Shown piece after piece: positions 56,263 to 64,000 of a DNA stretch of 64,000 nt (its first letter is position 1; every line of letters begins with the position of its first letter). The stretch is from positions 3,911 to 67,910 of the forward strand of contig JAUSJC010000005.1 of NCBI GenBank assembly GCA_030647775.1, written 5' to 3'. Below the pieces are notes generated by a model. The model had not been told where the DNA came from. It saw only the letters and a list, made by a program, of their open reading frames with translations, and did not search any database. Origin of the DNA: Candidatus Curtissbacteria bacterium. GTDB lineage: Bacteria > Patescibacteriota > Microgenomatia > Curtissbacterales > GWA2-41-24. Position numbers and translations under genes: made by a program.

Positions 56263-57576
56263 TTACACCGATTTTTTCTTCGGGCTTTCATAGTATTTCC
56301 TTCCGACCAAATTCTTGGGCATATATTCCATTCCCCCCGCGTTTGGATCATCCCTCCACGGATAGCGGACATGCCCCTTGCCATAATCCAGCTCTTTCAT
56401 TAATTTTGTCGGCGCGTTTCTAAGGTGCAGCGGAATCGGATCTAATTCCCCCGCGGCAACATCCGCAAGCGCCGCACCGATTGCTTCCGTTGAGGCAATA
56501 GATTTTGGCGCCTCGGAAAGATAACTTGCAGTTTGCGCCAATATTAAACTTGCCTCCGGCATACCGATCATATGGACCGCCTGCATGGCTGAAGTGGCAA
56601 TAACGAGGGCGGTTGGCATTGCGTTACCGACATCTTCACTGGCAAAAATCACCATTCTCCTTGCTATAAAAATCGGGTCTTCGCCTGCTTCTATCATTCT
56701 GGCCAGATAATGAAGCGCCGCGTCTGTCTTTCCCCCGCGCATGCTTTTGATAAAAGCGGAAATTGTGTCAAAGTGGTAATCGGCCTTTTTATCATAGTAG
56801 CTCGCCTTCTTCTGCATCGCCTCAACAATATTTTCTTTACTAATCGTTTTGCGATTAGTAACCCCTCGAAGCTTTAGCGAAGTGGGGTTTCCGCTCCCAA
56901 TAATCTCGGCGGCAATCTCCAAAGTCGTCAAAGCAAACCGCGCATCGCCGCTCGCGGCTGCTGCCAACGTCTCCAAGGCCCCGCGGTCGATCTTAAGTCT
57001 CCTTTGGCCTAACCCTCTCTTAGTATCGCGAAGTGCCTGATTAACAATTTTTTTAATTTGATCGGACGAAAGCGGATATAAAACCAAAACCCTCGACCTT
57101 GAAAGAAGCGGCCCGATAACCTCAAACGAAGGATTTTCCGTAGTCGCCCCAATTAAAGTAACCGTTCCCACCTCAACGTGGGGCAAAAGCACATCCTGCT
57201 GAGCTTTGTTAAACCGGTGGATTTCATCAATAAATAAAATCGTCTTTTTGCCGTAGAGTTCCTTTTTATTCTTGGCATCGGCAATGATTTTTTTCATCTC
57301 GGCAACATTTGAAGCAACTGCCGAGATTGAGACATATTCCGCTTTTGTCTCTTGCGCAATAATCTGCGCCAGCGTCGTTTTCCCAGAACCCGGAGGTCCC
57401 CAAAAAATAGCGCTGAAGACTTTATCGTTTCTGATTGCAGACTCAAGAAGTTTACCAGGAGCCACTAAATGTTCCTGCCCAAAAAATTCTGTAAGCTTAT
57501 TTGGCCGCATCCGATCAGCAAGCGGAGCATTAGAGCTATCAGCCGAAAATAAATCGTCACTCATCTCTTTGCCCAA
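56263..57576 (-). CDS. rarA: replication-associated recombination protein A (AAA+ ATPase)
   Basis: FWGPPGSGKTTLAQIIA Walker A plus the MgsA C-terminal domains. Confidence 0.9.
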   Translation of the reverse strand: MGKEMSDDLFSADSSNAPLADRMRPNKLTEFFGQEHLVAPGKLLESAIRNDKVFSAIFWGPPGSGKTTLAQIIAQETKAEYVSISAVASNVAEMKKIIADAKNKKELYGKKTILFIDEIHRFNKAQQDVLLPHVEVGTVTLIGATTENPSFEVIGPLLSRSRVLVLYPLSSDQIKKIVNQALRDTKRGLGQRRLKIDRGALETLAAAASGDARFALTTLEIAAEIIGSGNPTSLKLRGVTNRKTISKENIVEAMQKKASYYDKKADYHFDTISAFIKSMRGGKTDAALHYLARMIEAGEDPIFIARRMVIFASEDVGNAMPTALVIATSAMQAVHMIGMPEASLILAQTASYLSEAPKSIASTEAIGAALADVAAGELDPIPLHLRNAPTKLMKELDYGKGHVRYPWRDDPNAGGMEYMPKNLVGRKYYESPKKKSV

Positions 57577-57640
57577 AGATTACCCGAAAACGAATGGGAA
57601 ATCAATATAAAAGAATAAAAAGCTTTACGGCCATGATAAT

Positions 57641-58168
57641 ATGAAAGCGGCAAAGATGACCACTAACTATAAAATCATCGTCGCTCTGGCAACAGTTATA
57701 ATTTTTGCCCTTGCTCTCTTTGGCGCTTATCGCTTTTCTCAAAACCGCCCCGGCGAACCCAAAGCCCAAGCTTCCCCACAACCGGCCTCCGGCTTTGAAG
57801 CTTTATCCCTACCTCAAACCTCTCCAACTTCCCAAAGCCCGGCAACTGGACCGGAAGACGAAGTTGCCCCAAATATTGGCATTTCACTTACTGCGCCGTG
57901 GCCGAGCGCCACCATAACTTCGCCTTTAAAAATTGAAGGCTTTGCCAATGTGGAAACAGGCGCAGTTGCTATTGTTGTTAAAGATGTTTATGGAAAAGTC
58001 CTGGGTCAGGGCAAAGCTTCTGCTTGCTTTGCCAAAAATCCCTGTCCGTTTAGCGCTTCTGTAGTTTTTGCTCACCCCGAAACTCAAACCGGAACCATCG
58101 AAGTCTTCAGTCCGTCACCAAAAAGCGGCGCCAAAGAATACCTTCAAATTATCAAAATAAACTTCTAA
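57641..58168 (+). CDS. secreted Gmad2-like immunoglobulin-fold protein, hypothetical
   Basis: Signal anchor followed by ITSPLKIEGFANVETGAVAIVVKDVYGKVLGQG, resembling the Gmad2 consensus. Confidence 0.45.
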   Translation: MKAAKMTTNYKIIVALATVIIFALALFGAYRFSQNRPGEPKAQASPQPASGFEALSLPQTSPTSQSPATGPEDEVAPNIGISLTAPWPSATITSPLKIEGFANVETGAVAIVVKDVYGKVLGQGKASACFAKNPCPFSASVVFAHPETQTGTIEVFSPSPKSGAKEYLQIIKINF

Positions 58169-58201
58169 GAAAAAAACCGCAATCTGGTGTAAAATGTATT
58201 A

Positions 58202-59656
58202 ATGCAAGCAGCGGTTTTTGTCATTTTCGGCGCCACCGGAAATCTGGCTAAAAAAAGAATTTTCCCGGCGCTTTTCGCGCTTTCAAAACAAAATCTTCTC
58301 CCGCCAAAATTTAAAATAATTGCCGCCGCCCGCACCCCTTTTTCAAGCCAAATCTTTAGAAGAACCCTCCGCGAAACTTTAGATCTCCAAAACAAAGATA
58401 ATTGGGAAGACTTTACCCAAAAAATAGATTATCTGCCGCTTGATGTCGCCCAGGATTTTAATCTCAAGGACCTGGGCGGTCTTTTGGATGATTTTGAAAA
58501 AGAGGTAAAAACTTGCCCCCAAAGAATTTTTTACATGGCCATAGCCCCCGACATTTTTGAAAAAGCGACAAAAAACTTGGGCAAAAATGGTCTTCACCAA
58601 AGTTGCCGGCATGGTGGAAAGCCCAGGATTATTATCGAAAAGCCTTTTGGCTGGGACTTAAAATCGGCACGAAGTCTTGCCGCAAGCATCACCAAATATT
58701 TCACCCAAGACCAAATTTACAGGATCGACCATTATCTCGGCAAAGAAACCGTCCAGAACATTTTTGCCTTCCGCTTTGCCAATGAAATTTTTGAGCCTCT
58801 ATGGTCAAACCAATATATTGATAGCGTCCAAATAACCACCGCAGAACGAATCGGCACAGAAGGCCGCGGCGAATTTTACGATAAAACAGGGGCTCTAAGG
58901 GATATTTTGCAAAATCACCTAATCCAGCTAATGACTTTAATTACTATGGATGCCCCCACAAATTTTGACGCCAAAAGTATAAACCAAAAAAAGCTGGAAA
59001 TTGTAAGAGGTATTAAAAAACTGACAGCAGACGAAATCAAAACCCATACGGTCCGGAGCCAATATGAAGACTATCTGGCGGAAGAAAAAATCGCTCCCGA
59101 TTCTAAAACCGAAACTTACGCTCTCACCAAGCTCTTCATCGATAACCCCCGCTGGCAAGGAGTCCCTTTTTATCTTCGAACCGGCAAAAAATTAGAGGGC
59201 AAAGTAACATCCATAATTATCCAATTTAAGGAAAAAGGCCACAAGCTTTTCAAAAACTTTTCCCAAAAGCCGCTGCCCAACCACATTACCATCCAAATCC
59301 AGCCCAATGAAGGCATCGGCATAAGGCTTGCTGCTAAAAAACCCGGGCTTGGCCAAGAGCTTGAACCGGTCGACATGGAATTTTGCTATAAAACCAGTTT
59401 CGATAAACCGCAACCTGAAGCGTACGAAAGATTACTTTTGGATGTAATGCTCGGCGACCAAAGTTTATTTATGTCGGAAGATTTAATTGAAGAATCCTGG
59501 AAAGTTATTGACCCGATCGAAGAAGCCTGGGCCAAAAATCTGGTACCGCTGTCTTCTTACAAACCGGGAGGCTGGGGACCAAAAGAGGCAGACGAGCTGA
59601 TTGAAAAAGATGGCCGCACGTGGCTTGCGCCTCTCCTCACAATTTGTAGGATTTGA
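58202..59656 (+). CDS. zwf: glucose-6-phosphate 1-dehydrogenase
   Basis: IFGATGNLAKKRIFPAL and RIDHYLGKE signatures. Confidence 0.9.
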   Translation: MQAAVFVIFGATGNLAKKRIFPALFALSKQNLLPPKFKIIAAARTPFSSQIFRRTLRETLDLQNKDNWEDFTQKIDYLPLDVAQDFNLKDLGGLLDDFEKEVKTCPQRIFYMAIAPDIFEKATKNLGKNGLHQSCRHGGKPRIIIEKPFGWDLKSARSLAASITKYFTQDQIYRIDHYLGKETVQNIFAFRFANEIFEPLWSNQYIDSVQITTAERIGTEGRGEFYDKTGALRDILQNHLIQLMTLITMDAPTNFDAKSINQKKLEIVRGIKKLTADEIKTHTVRSQYEDYLAEEKIAPDSKTETYALTKLFIDNPRWQGVPFYLRTGKKLEGKVTSIIIQFKEKGHKLFKNFSQKPLPNHITIQIQPNEGIGIRLAAKKPGLGQELEPVDMEFCYKTSFDKPQPEAYERLLLDVMLGDQSLFMSEDLIEESWKVIDPIEEAWAKNLVPLSSYKPGGWGPKEADELIEKDGRTWLAPLLTICRI

Positions 59657-59673
59657 TTCGGAGTAAATTTGGA

Positions 59674-60678
59674 CTAAGAATTCGGATCAATTCGTGTATC
59701 CTTCTTTTTAACTTCATGTCCGCCGAAAGCATTGCGAAGTGCCGCAACCATTCTTGCCGCAAAACTTCCGGAAACCGCTTCGTCTTGTCTGGACCTGGAT
59801 CTAAAATCTCTTGACGCTTCGATAATTTCCACCGGCACTTCTTCTTCTTTGGCTTGCTCGATCATCCAATCCCCCTCACCGGACGCATCAATGTAACCGG
59901 TAATTTGGGCAAGCTTAGGATCTTTTTCAAGTGCCTCTATAGTTCTTGCCATCATAAATCCGGAGTTGAGAGTCCCTTTTTGGTAAAGCTTGGCAACTCC
60001 CAAAAGGTCTAAATTGTATGGTGATTTTTCCAAAACTCCAAAACCTTCGCCAATAGACTGCATAATTCCGTATTCGATTCCGTTGTGGACCATCTTTACA
60101 AAATGCCCCGCCCCGCCCTCTCCAAAATATTCATGGCCTCCACCCGGTTTTGCCAGTGAGTCTAAAATCGGTTTGAGGTATTCATAACCTTCGACGTTGC
60201 CGCCGGCCATTAAAGGGTATCCGTCGGTTGCGGCAATAATTCCACCGGAAACTCCAATCCCCAAAAACTTAATCCCTTTCCCCTGAAAATATTCATACCT
60301 TCTTTGCGTATCGCTAAATCTGGCGTTGCCACCATCAATAACGACATCTCCGGCTTCCACATATTCGGCAACTCCCCCCGGCCCCATCAAATTTTCCTCC
60401 GTCGCTTGTCCTGCCGGCAGCATCAGCCAGACGATCCGTGGTTTCTCTAACTTTACAACCAGATCTTCTATCGATTCTGCCGCTTTTAAATTATCCTTCC
60501 AGTTAAATTTTGATATTTGATTTTTGATATTTGATATTCTCTCTCTCGTCCTGTTCCACACCACAACCTCATGCCCCTCGCTAAGAAGCTTCATCACCAT
60601 TCGATTGCCCATTCTTCCAAGACCAATAAAACCGAGCTTCATAGTATTGATAATATAATTATTGTTCGAGCGAAGCAA
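59674..60678 (-). CDS. gnd: 6-phosphogluconate dehydrogenase, decarboxylating (short form)
   Basis: MKLGFIGLGRMGNRMVMKL NAD(P)-binding N-terminus and 6PGD C-terminal domain. Confidence 0.85.
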   Translation of the reverse strand: MLRSNNNYIINTMKLGFIGLGRMGNRMVMKLLSEGHEVVVWNRTRERISNIKNQISKFNWKDNLKAAESIEDLVVKLEKPRIVWLMLPAGQATEENLMGPGGVAEYVEAGDVVIDGGNARFSDTQRRYEYFQGKGIKFLGIGVSGGIIAATDGYPLMAGGNVEGYEYLKPILDSLAKPGGGHEYFGEGGAGHFVKMVHNGIEYGIMQSIGEGFGVLEKSPYNLDLLGVAKLYQKGTLNSGFMMARTIEALEKDPKLAQITGYIDASGEGDWMIEQAKEEEVPVEIIEASRDFRSRSRQDEAVSGSFAARMVAALRNAFGGHEVKKKDTRIDPNS

Positions 60679-60716
60679 GAAGAATAAGCTCTCTTATTGT
60701 TCGAGCTTGTCGAGAA
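60661..60716. repeat. family-C/F repeat unit (ATTGTTCGAGC...AATAAGCTCTCTTATTGTTCGAGCTTGTCGAGAACTACC)
   Basis: Matches the intragenic copy in rluA (19567-19592) and intergenic units at 39189-39222 and 63095-63128. Confidence 0.6.
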
Positions 60717-61028
60717 CTACCACTGATTTGACCATTCACCATTAATTAGTTTTCGTTTCTTTTCTTGATTCCAATCTTTAATTTGTCTCTCACGTGCTCG
60801 GGCAGTAGGTAAATCGGTATGTTCTTCAACATATACTAATTTTTTGACTCCATGTTTAGCCGTGTACTTACCTCCAAGGCCTGATATATATTGCTCCAAT
60901 CTTAACTCTGGTCTCCATGTCAACCCAGTGTAATAGGTATCATCAAGACACTCGATAATGTAGACATACCATTTCCAATTTTTCTGTAAGGCACTTCTCG
61001 ACTTCGCTCGAAGAATATAGCTGGACAC
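60717..61028 (-). CDS. GIY-YIG nuclease superfamily protein (UPF0213/YhbQ-like)
   Basis: KWYVYIIECLDDTYYTGLT...KHGVKKLVYVEEHTDLPTARARERQIKDW; the first ~12 codons of the track ORF are repeat-derived, so the true start is probably internal. Confidence 0.75.
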   Translation of the reverse strand: MSSYILRAKSRSALQKNWKWYVYIIECLDDTYYTGLTWRPELRLEQYISGLGGKYTAKHGVKKLVYVEEHTDLPTARARERQIKDWNQEKKRKLINGEWSNQW

Positions 61029-61033
61029 TGTTT

Positions 61034-61744
61034 TTAGATATCAATATCTGTTACCAAGTACGATTTAATTGGAGCCTTTCTGTAAAAAATTGCGGGGTAT
61101 TTTTGCATATCGTTTTCGGCATCATCAAGCATTTCTTGTAAGGCTTCTTTCTTCCCCTCCCCAAAAACCAAAATCACAAAATTTGTAAACTGGCCAAGCG
61201 CTTTTAAAGTTAAAGTTATTCTTTGCGGAAATTTGTTATCAACAGTCTCTCCAACAACATAATCAGGACTGTGGGTAGCGAGGCTATTTGGGAAAATCCC
61301 AGCGGTGTGCATGTTGCTCCCTACCCCTGGTATACCCACCCTTCTAGGAAATCTTTTAAATAAATCTTCAATCGCTAAATTGTAATCCTCAACAGTCTGT
61401 TGAAAATCGGCTCCTGACAATACTTTTCTTGATTCAATACGATGTTTATCTGCAAAATCCTTTACCCCCATTTCTCTCATTAATAATTCGTTGCTATCTT
61501 TATGAAACGGCTCTCCGTATCTTTCATCTATCACGCAAATAGAGCCAGGCAATACATCATCGGGCTCAACAATCATCTTTGAGTAATCAGAAGAAGTACC
61601 GCCGGAAAGGGCCAAAAGCGTTTGTCCGTCAACCAAGGTCCTTAAAAGATCATGAGCCTTCGTCTGCCCTTCTTCTCGGCTGGCAACTTTTATAACCTCA
61701 ATCATTCCAGACCCTCCTTCAGGAAGTTGAACAAATTCATTCAT
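61034..61744 (-). CDS. pgl: 6-phosphogluconolactonase
   Basis: LALSGGTS, DERY and GVGSNMHTAGIFP motifs of the glucosamine-6-P isomerase/6PGL family. Confidence 0.8.
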   Translation of the reverse strand: MNEFVQLPEGGSGMIEVIKVASREEGQTKAHDLLRTLVDGQTLLALSGGTSSDYSKMIVEPDDVLPGSICVIDERYGEPFHKDSNELLMREMGVKDFADKHRIESRKVLSGADFQQTVEDYNLAIEDLFKRFPRRVGIPGVGSNMHTAGIFPNSLATHSPDYVVGETVDNKFPQRITLTLKALGQFTNFVILVFGEGKKEALQEMLDDAENDMQKYPAIFYRKAPIKSYLVTDIDI

Positions 61745-63095
61745 TTTTTATGACTTTCCATTTTGAACCTTCGAACGTATCTTCAATCACTACACCCATT
61801 TCCAAAAGTTCTTCGCGTATTTTATCACTTTCTTCAAAATTTCCCGCCTTCCTCAATTCCTCTCTCTCATCAATTAGTTCCTTTGCCCCTTTTGGCAAAA
61901 CCGCTTTTTTAATTTCTCCAAGTCCAAGCCCCAAAACCTCATCCATTACCAAAATTGACCGGTGCTTTGCCGAAGTCGGGTTATCGCTTTTTACCGTTTC
62001 CCACATTATCGCGATGGCCCTCGGCATATCCAAATCGTTATTGACGGCGTTTTTGAAATCGTTCTCCAGCCCCGCGCATCCGATTTTTGGATCATCCCAA
62101 GTCGCAATCTGATCACGCAAATTGGAAAGAGCGTTTTGCGCCGCCTCCAAACTTTCCCAAGTGAAATTTAATTTAGAACGATAGTGTGCGGTCAAAAATA
62201 AATACCGGAGTGCAAGCGGCTCAAAACCCTGCCTGCCGGCAGGCAGGCCTTTTTTAATAACATCACTAAGCGTATAAATATTTCCAAGGCTCTTTGACAT
62301 CTTTTGCCCGTCTACTAAAAGATGTTCTCCCTCCAACCAAAAGTTTACAAACTTCTTACCCGTTGCCGCCTCGCTTTGGGCAATTTCGTTTTCGTGGTGT
62401 GGAAACAAAAGATCGACACCGCCGCAATGGATATCAAAATGCTCGCCCAGTGCCTCCATACTCATTGCGCTGCATTCAATATGCCAACCAGGCCGACCCT
62501 CACCAAACGGCGCCGGCCAACTGGGCTCTCTATCTTTTTTATTTTTCCAAAGCGCAAAATCACTCCAAGATTCTTTGTCGTATAAATCGTCGTTAATTCT
62601 TGCGCCTTTTTTTAACTGGCGCTTTTCTAAACCAGAAAGCTTTCCGTAATCCGGAAATTTTTCAACCGAAAAATAAACTCCGTCATCCGCCTTGTAAGCA
62701 AAACCTTTATCCAGAAGCACTACGATGATTCGTATCATCGTAGTGATATTTTCTGTTGCTCGAGGATACTCATTTGCTCTTAAGATATTTAGTTTCTCAA
62801 GATCCTCAAAAAACGCTCTTTCGTATTTTGCAGTTAAATCTCTTAACTCTAAACTCTCATCTCTCGCCCTCTTTATAATCTTGTCATCAATATCCGTAAT
62901 ATTCATTACATGATTGACTTTGTAACCATCAAAAGTTAGGGCTTTTTTTAAAACGTCTTCAAAGACAAACGTCCGCCAGTTGCCAATGTGCACATAGTCG
63001 TAAACCGTCGGGCCGCAGGTATACATACCGACTTTGCCATCGACAATCGGCTTAAACTCCTCAACTTTCTTGGATAAATAATTGTAAAGTTTCAT
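61737..63095 (-). CDS. cysS: cysteinyl-tRNA synthetase
   Basis: HIGN, class I KMSKS (KMSKSLGN) and zinc-binding Cys residues; carries an ~8-aa insert encoded by the GC-rich palindrome at 62227-62249. Confidence 0.95.
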   Translation of the reverse strand: MKLYNYLSKKVEEFKPIVDGKVGMYTCGPTVYDYVHIGNWRTFVFEDVLKKALTFDGYKVNHVMNITDIDDKIIKRARDESLELRDLTAKYERAFFEDLEKLNILRANEYPRATENITTMIRIIVVLLDKGFAYKADDGVYFSVEKFPDYGKLSGLEKRQLKKGARINDDLYDKESWSDFALWKNKKDREPSWPAPFGEGRPGWHIECSAMSMEALGEHFDIHCGGVDLLFPHHENEIAQSEAATGKKFVNFWLEGEHLLVDGQKMSKSLGNIYTLSDVIKKGLPAGRQGFEPLALRYLFLTAHYRSKLNFTWESLEAAQNALSNLRDQIATWDDPKIGCAGLENDFKNAVNNDLDMPRAIAIMWETVKSDNPTSAKHRSILVMDEVLGLGLGEIKKAVLPKGAKELIDEREELRKAGNFEESDKIREELLEMGVVIEDTFEGSKWKVIKNE

Positions 63096-63163
63096 TTCGA
63101 GTTTACGAGAAACAAGCCCTCTTCAGGCCCGCAGTTGAGTTTCGCTCAACGAAGACCGCAAGC
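63095..63163. repeat. family-C unit immediately followed by a family-A unit
   Basis: ATTTCGAGTTTACGAGAAACAAGCCCTCTT then GGCCCGCAGTTGAGTTTCGCTCAACGAAGACCGCAAG (hairpin GTTGAG/CTCAAC). Confidence 0.6.
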
Positions 63164-63170
63164 TTTCTGC

Positions 63171-63575
63171 TTATTCCGCCCCCATGTTCTTGATCTCTGC
63201 GTTTGCTTTCGTTTGCGCAACAGTAACATCCATCGATTGTCTCTTCTGCTCGCGAGTCAGTTCAGATTTTTGAGCCTCCGCTTGTTTTACCTGCTGTTCT
63301 TCCGCCATTTCCTTTCTTTTTCGCTTCTGGGAATGCTGGGCGTATATTGCGGCGATCCTTGCTTTAACTTCTTCCTGGCCCTGTTCACTAAACTCCTTAT
63401 CTTTCTTGCCCATGGAAACAATATCGTCATCTGTAGGGGCTTGTTTATTTTGGCTTCCGGTAACTTGTCCAACCACTGACTTCCCGATTTCTTTAATCTC
63501 GCTGCCAACTTCACCCAAAACATCGCCAATTACAGAACCGACCCCATCACCGTCCATATAAGCTAATTGTAGCAA
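63171..63575 (-). CDS. hypothetical charged protein
   Basis: ORF track only; K/E/Q-rich C-terminal half. Confidence 0.4.
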   Translation of the reverse strand: MLQLAYMDGDGVGSVIGDVLGEVGSEIKEIGKSVVGQVTGSQNKQAPTDDDIVSMGKKDKEFSEQGQEEVKARIAAIYAQHSQKRKRKEMAEEQQVKQAEAQKSELTREQKRQSMDVTVAQTKANAEIKNMGAE

Positions 63576-63584
63576 GAAATGTAG

Positions 63585-64000
63585 TCAGTAGTCCTTGCGG
63601 CCTTCGATGGCGCGGCGCAAAGTTACCTCATCGGCATATTCCAGCTCCGCACCGATTGGAATCCCCCGGGCAATCCTTGTCGTTTTAATTCCCAAGGGTT
63701 TTGTTAAGCGTTGGATATACATCGCCGTCGCTTCCCCTTCCATTGAAGGGTTCGTCGCTAAAATTAATTCCTTAACTTCTAGGGTCCGACCCTTTTCAAC
63801 ACCGCTTTTCGCATTACTGGAATCCGATTTTGCAAGGGTCGGACCCTTGAGTCTTGGCAAAAGCTCGTTAATCCTGAGTTCCTCCGGCCCGATATTGTCC
63901 AGTGGCGCGATTACCCCATGCAAAACATGGTAAAGCCCGCCAAAACTTCCGGATTTTTCAATCGCCCAAACGTCTAGCGGATCCTCAACGATACAAATAA
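63585..64000 (-). CDS. recR: recombination protein RecR (5' part lies beyond the window), carrying an in-frame ~21-aa insertion
   Basis: The frame is open to the window edge ([43 protein letters not shown] = RecR Cys4/HhH region) and continues into the Toprim domain [19 protein letters not shown]. The insert [26 protein letters not shown] is encoded by paired palindromes at 63783-63853. Confidence 0.8.
   Translation of the reverse strand, partial: ICIVEDPLDVWAIEKSGSFGGLYHVLHGVIAPLDNIGPEELRINELLPRLKGPTLAKSDSSNAKSGVEKGRTLEVKELILATNPSMEGEATAMYIQRLTKPLGIKTTRIARGIPIGAELEYADEVTLRRAIEGRKDY

Overview
The window looks like a compact, gene-dense bacterial chromosome segment of moderate-to-low GC. It is about 85% coding, and most genes sit in a long minus-strand array. 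The organism appears to be a reduced-genome bacterium, possibly Patescibacteria/CPR-like, but this is an unconfirmed inference. Called housekeeping genes: pyrH, xerC/D-type tyrosine recombinase, ruvC, yebC, a KefB-type CPA2 antiporter, an rluA-family pseudouridine synthase, lspA-lgt, a DksA/TraR protein, efp, pepA, tRNA-Leu(CAA), dnaB, a catalytic-domain-only HisRS-like protein, two sigma-70-family genes, rpmE, prfA, htrA, ctpA, the rpsF-ssb-rpsR cluster, ychF, a complete DapL-type lysine/DAP biosynthesis operon (dapL-lysA-lysC-dapB-dapA-asd), malic enzyme, a purN-like gene, rarA, the oxidative pentose-phosphate genes zwf/gnd/pgl, cysS and a partial recR. Accessory-type content: two adjacent type II toxin-antitoxin modules (an AbrB/MazE-type antitoxin with Doc, and DinJ with a YafQ/RelE-type toxin), a GIY-YIG nuclease, and three paralogous TrpR/YerC-like small regulators. 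Each paralog is bracketed by short palindromes. There is also a gene set resembling the two-enzyme ATP-citrate-lyase route (citryl-CoA lyase-like plus SucC/SucD-like subunits). The most striking sequence-level feature is a rich repertoire of small dispersed palindromic/hairpin repeat families. Several copies are inserted in-frame inside conserved genes (rluA, recR, rpsF, cysS, prfA), reminiscent of Rickettsia palindromic elements. Other notable loci are a tRNA-Leu followed by tandem tRNA 3'-half remnants, and a 950-bp repeat-rich non-coding island with inverted termini.
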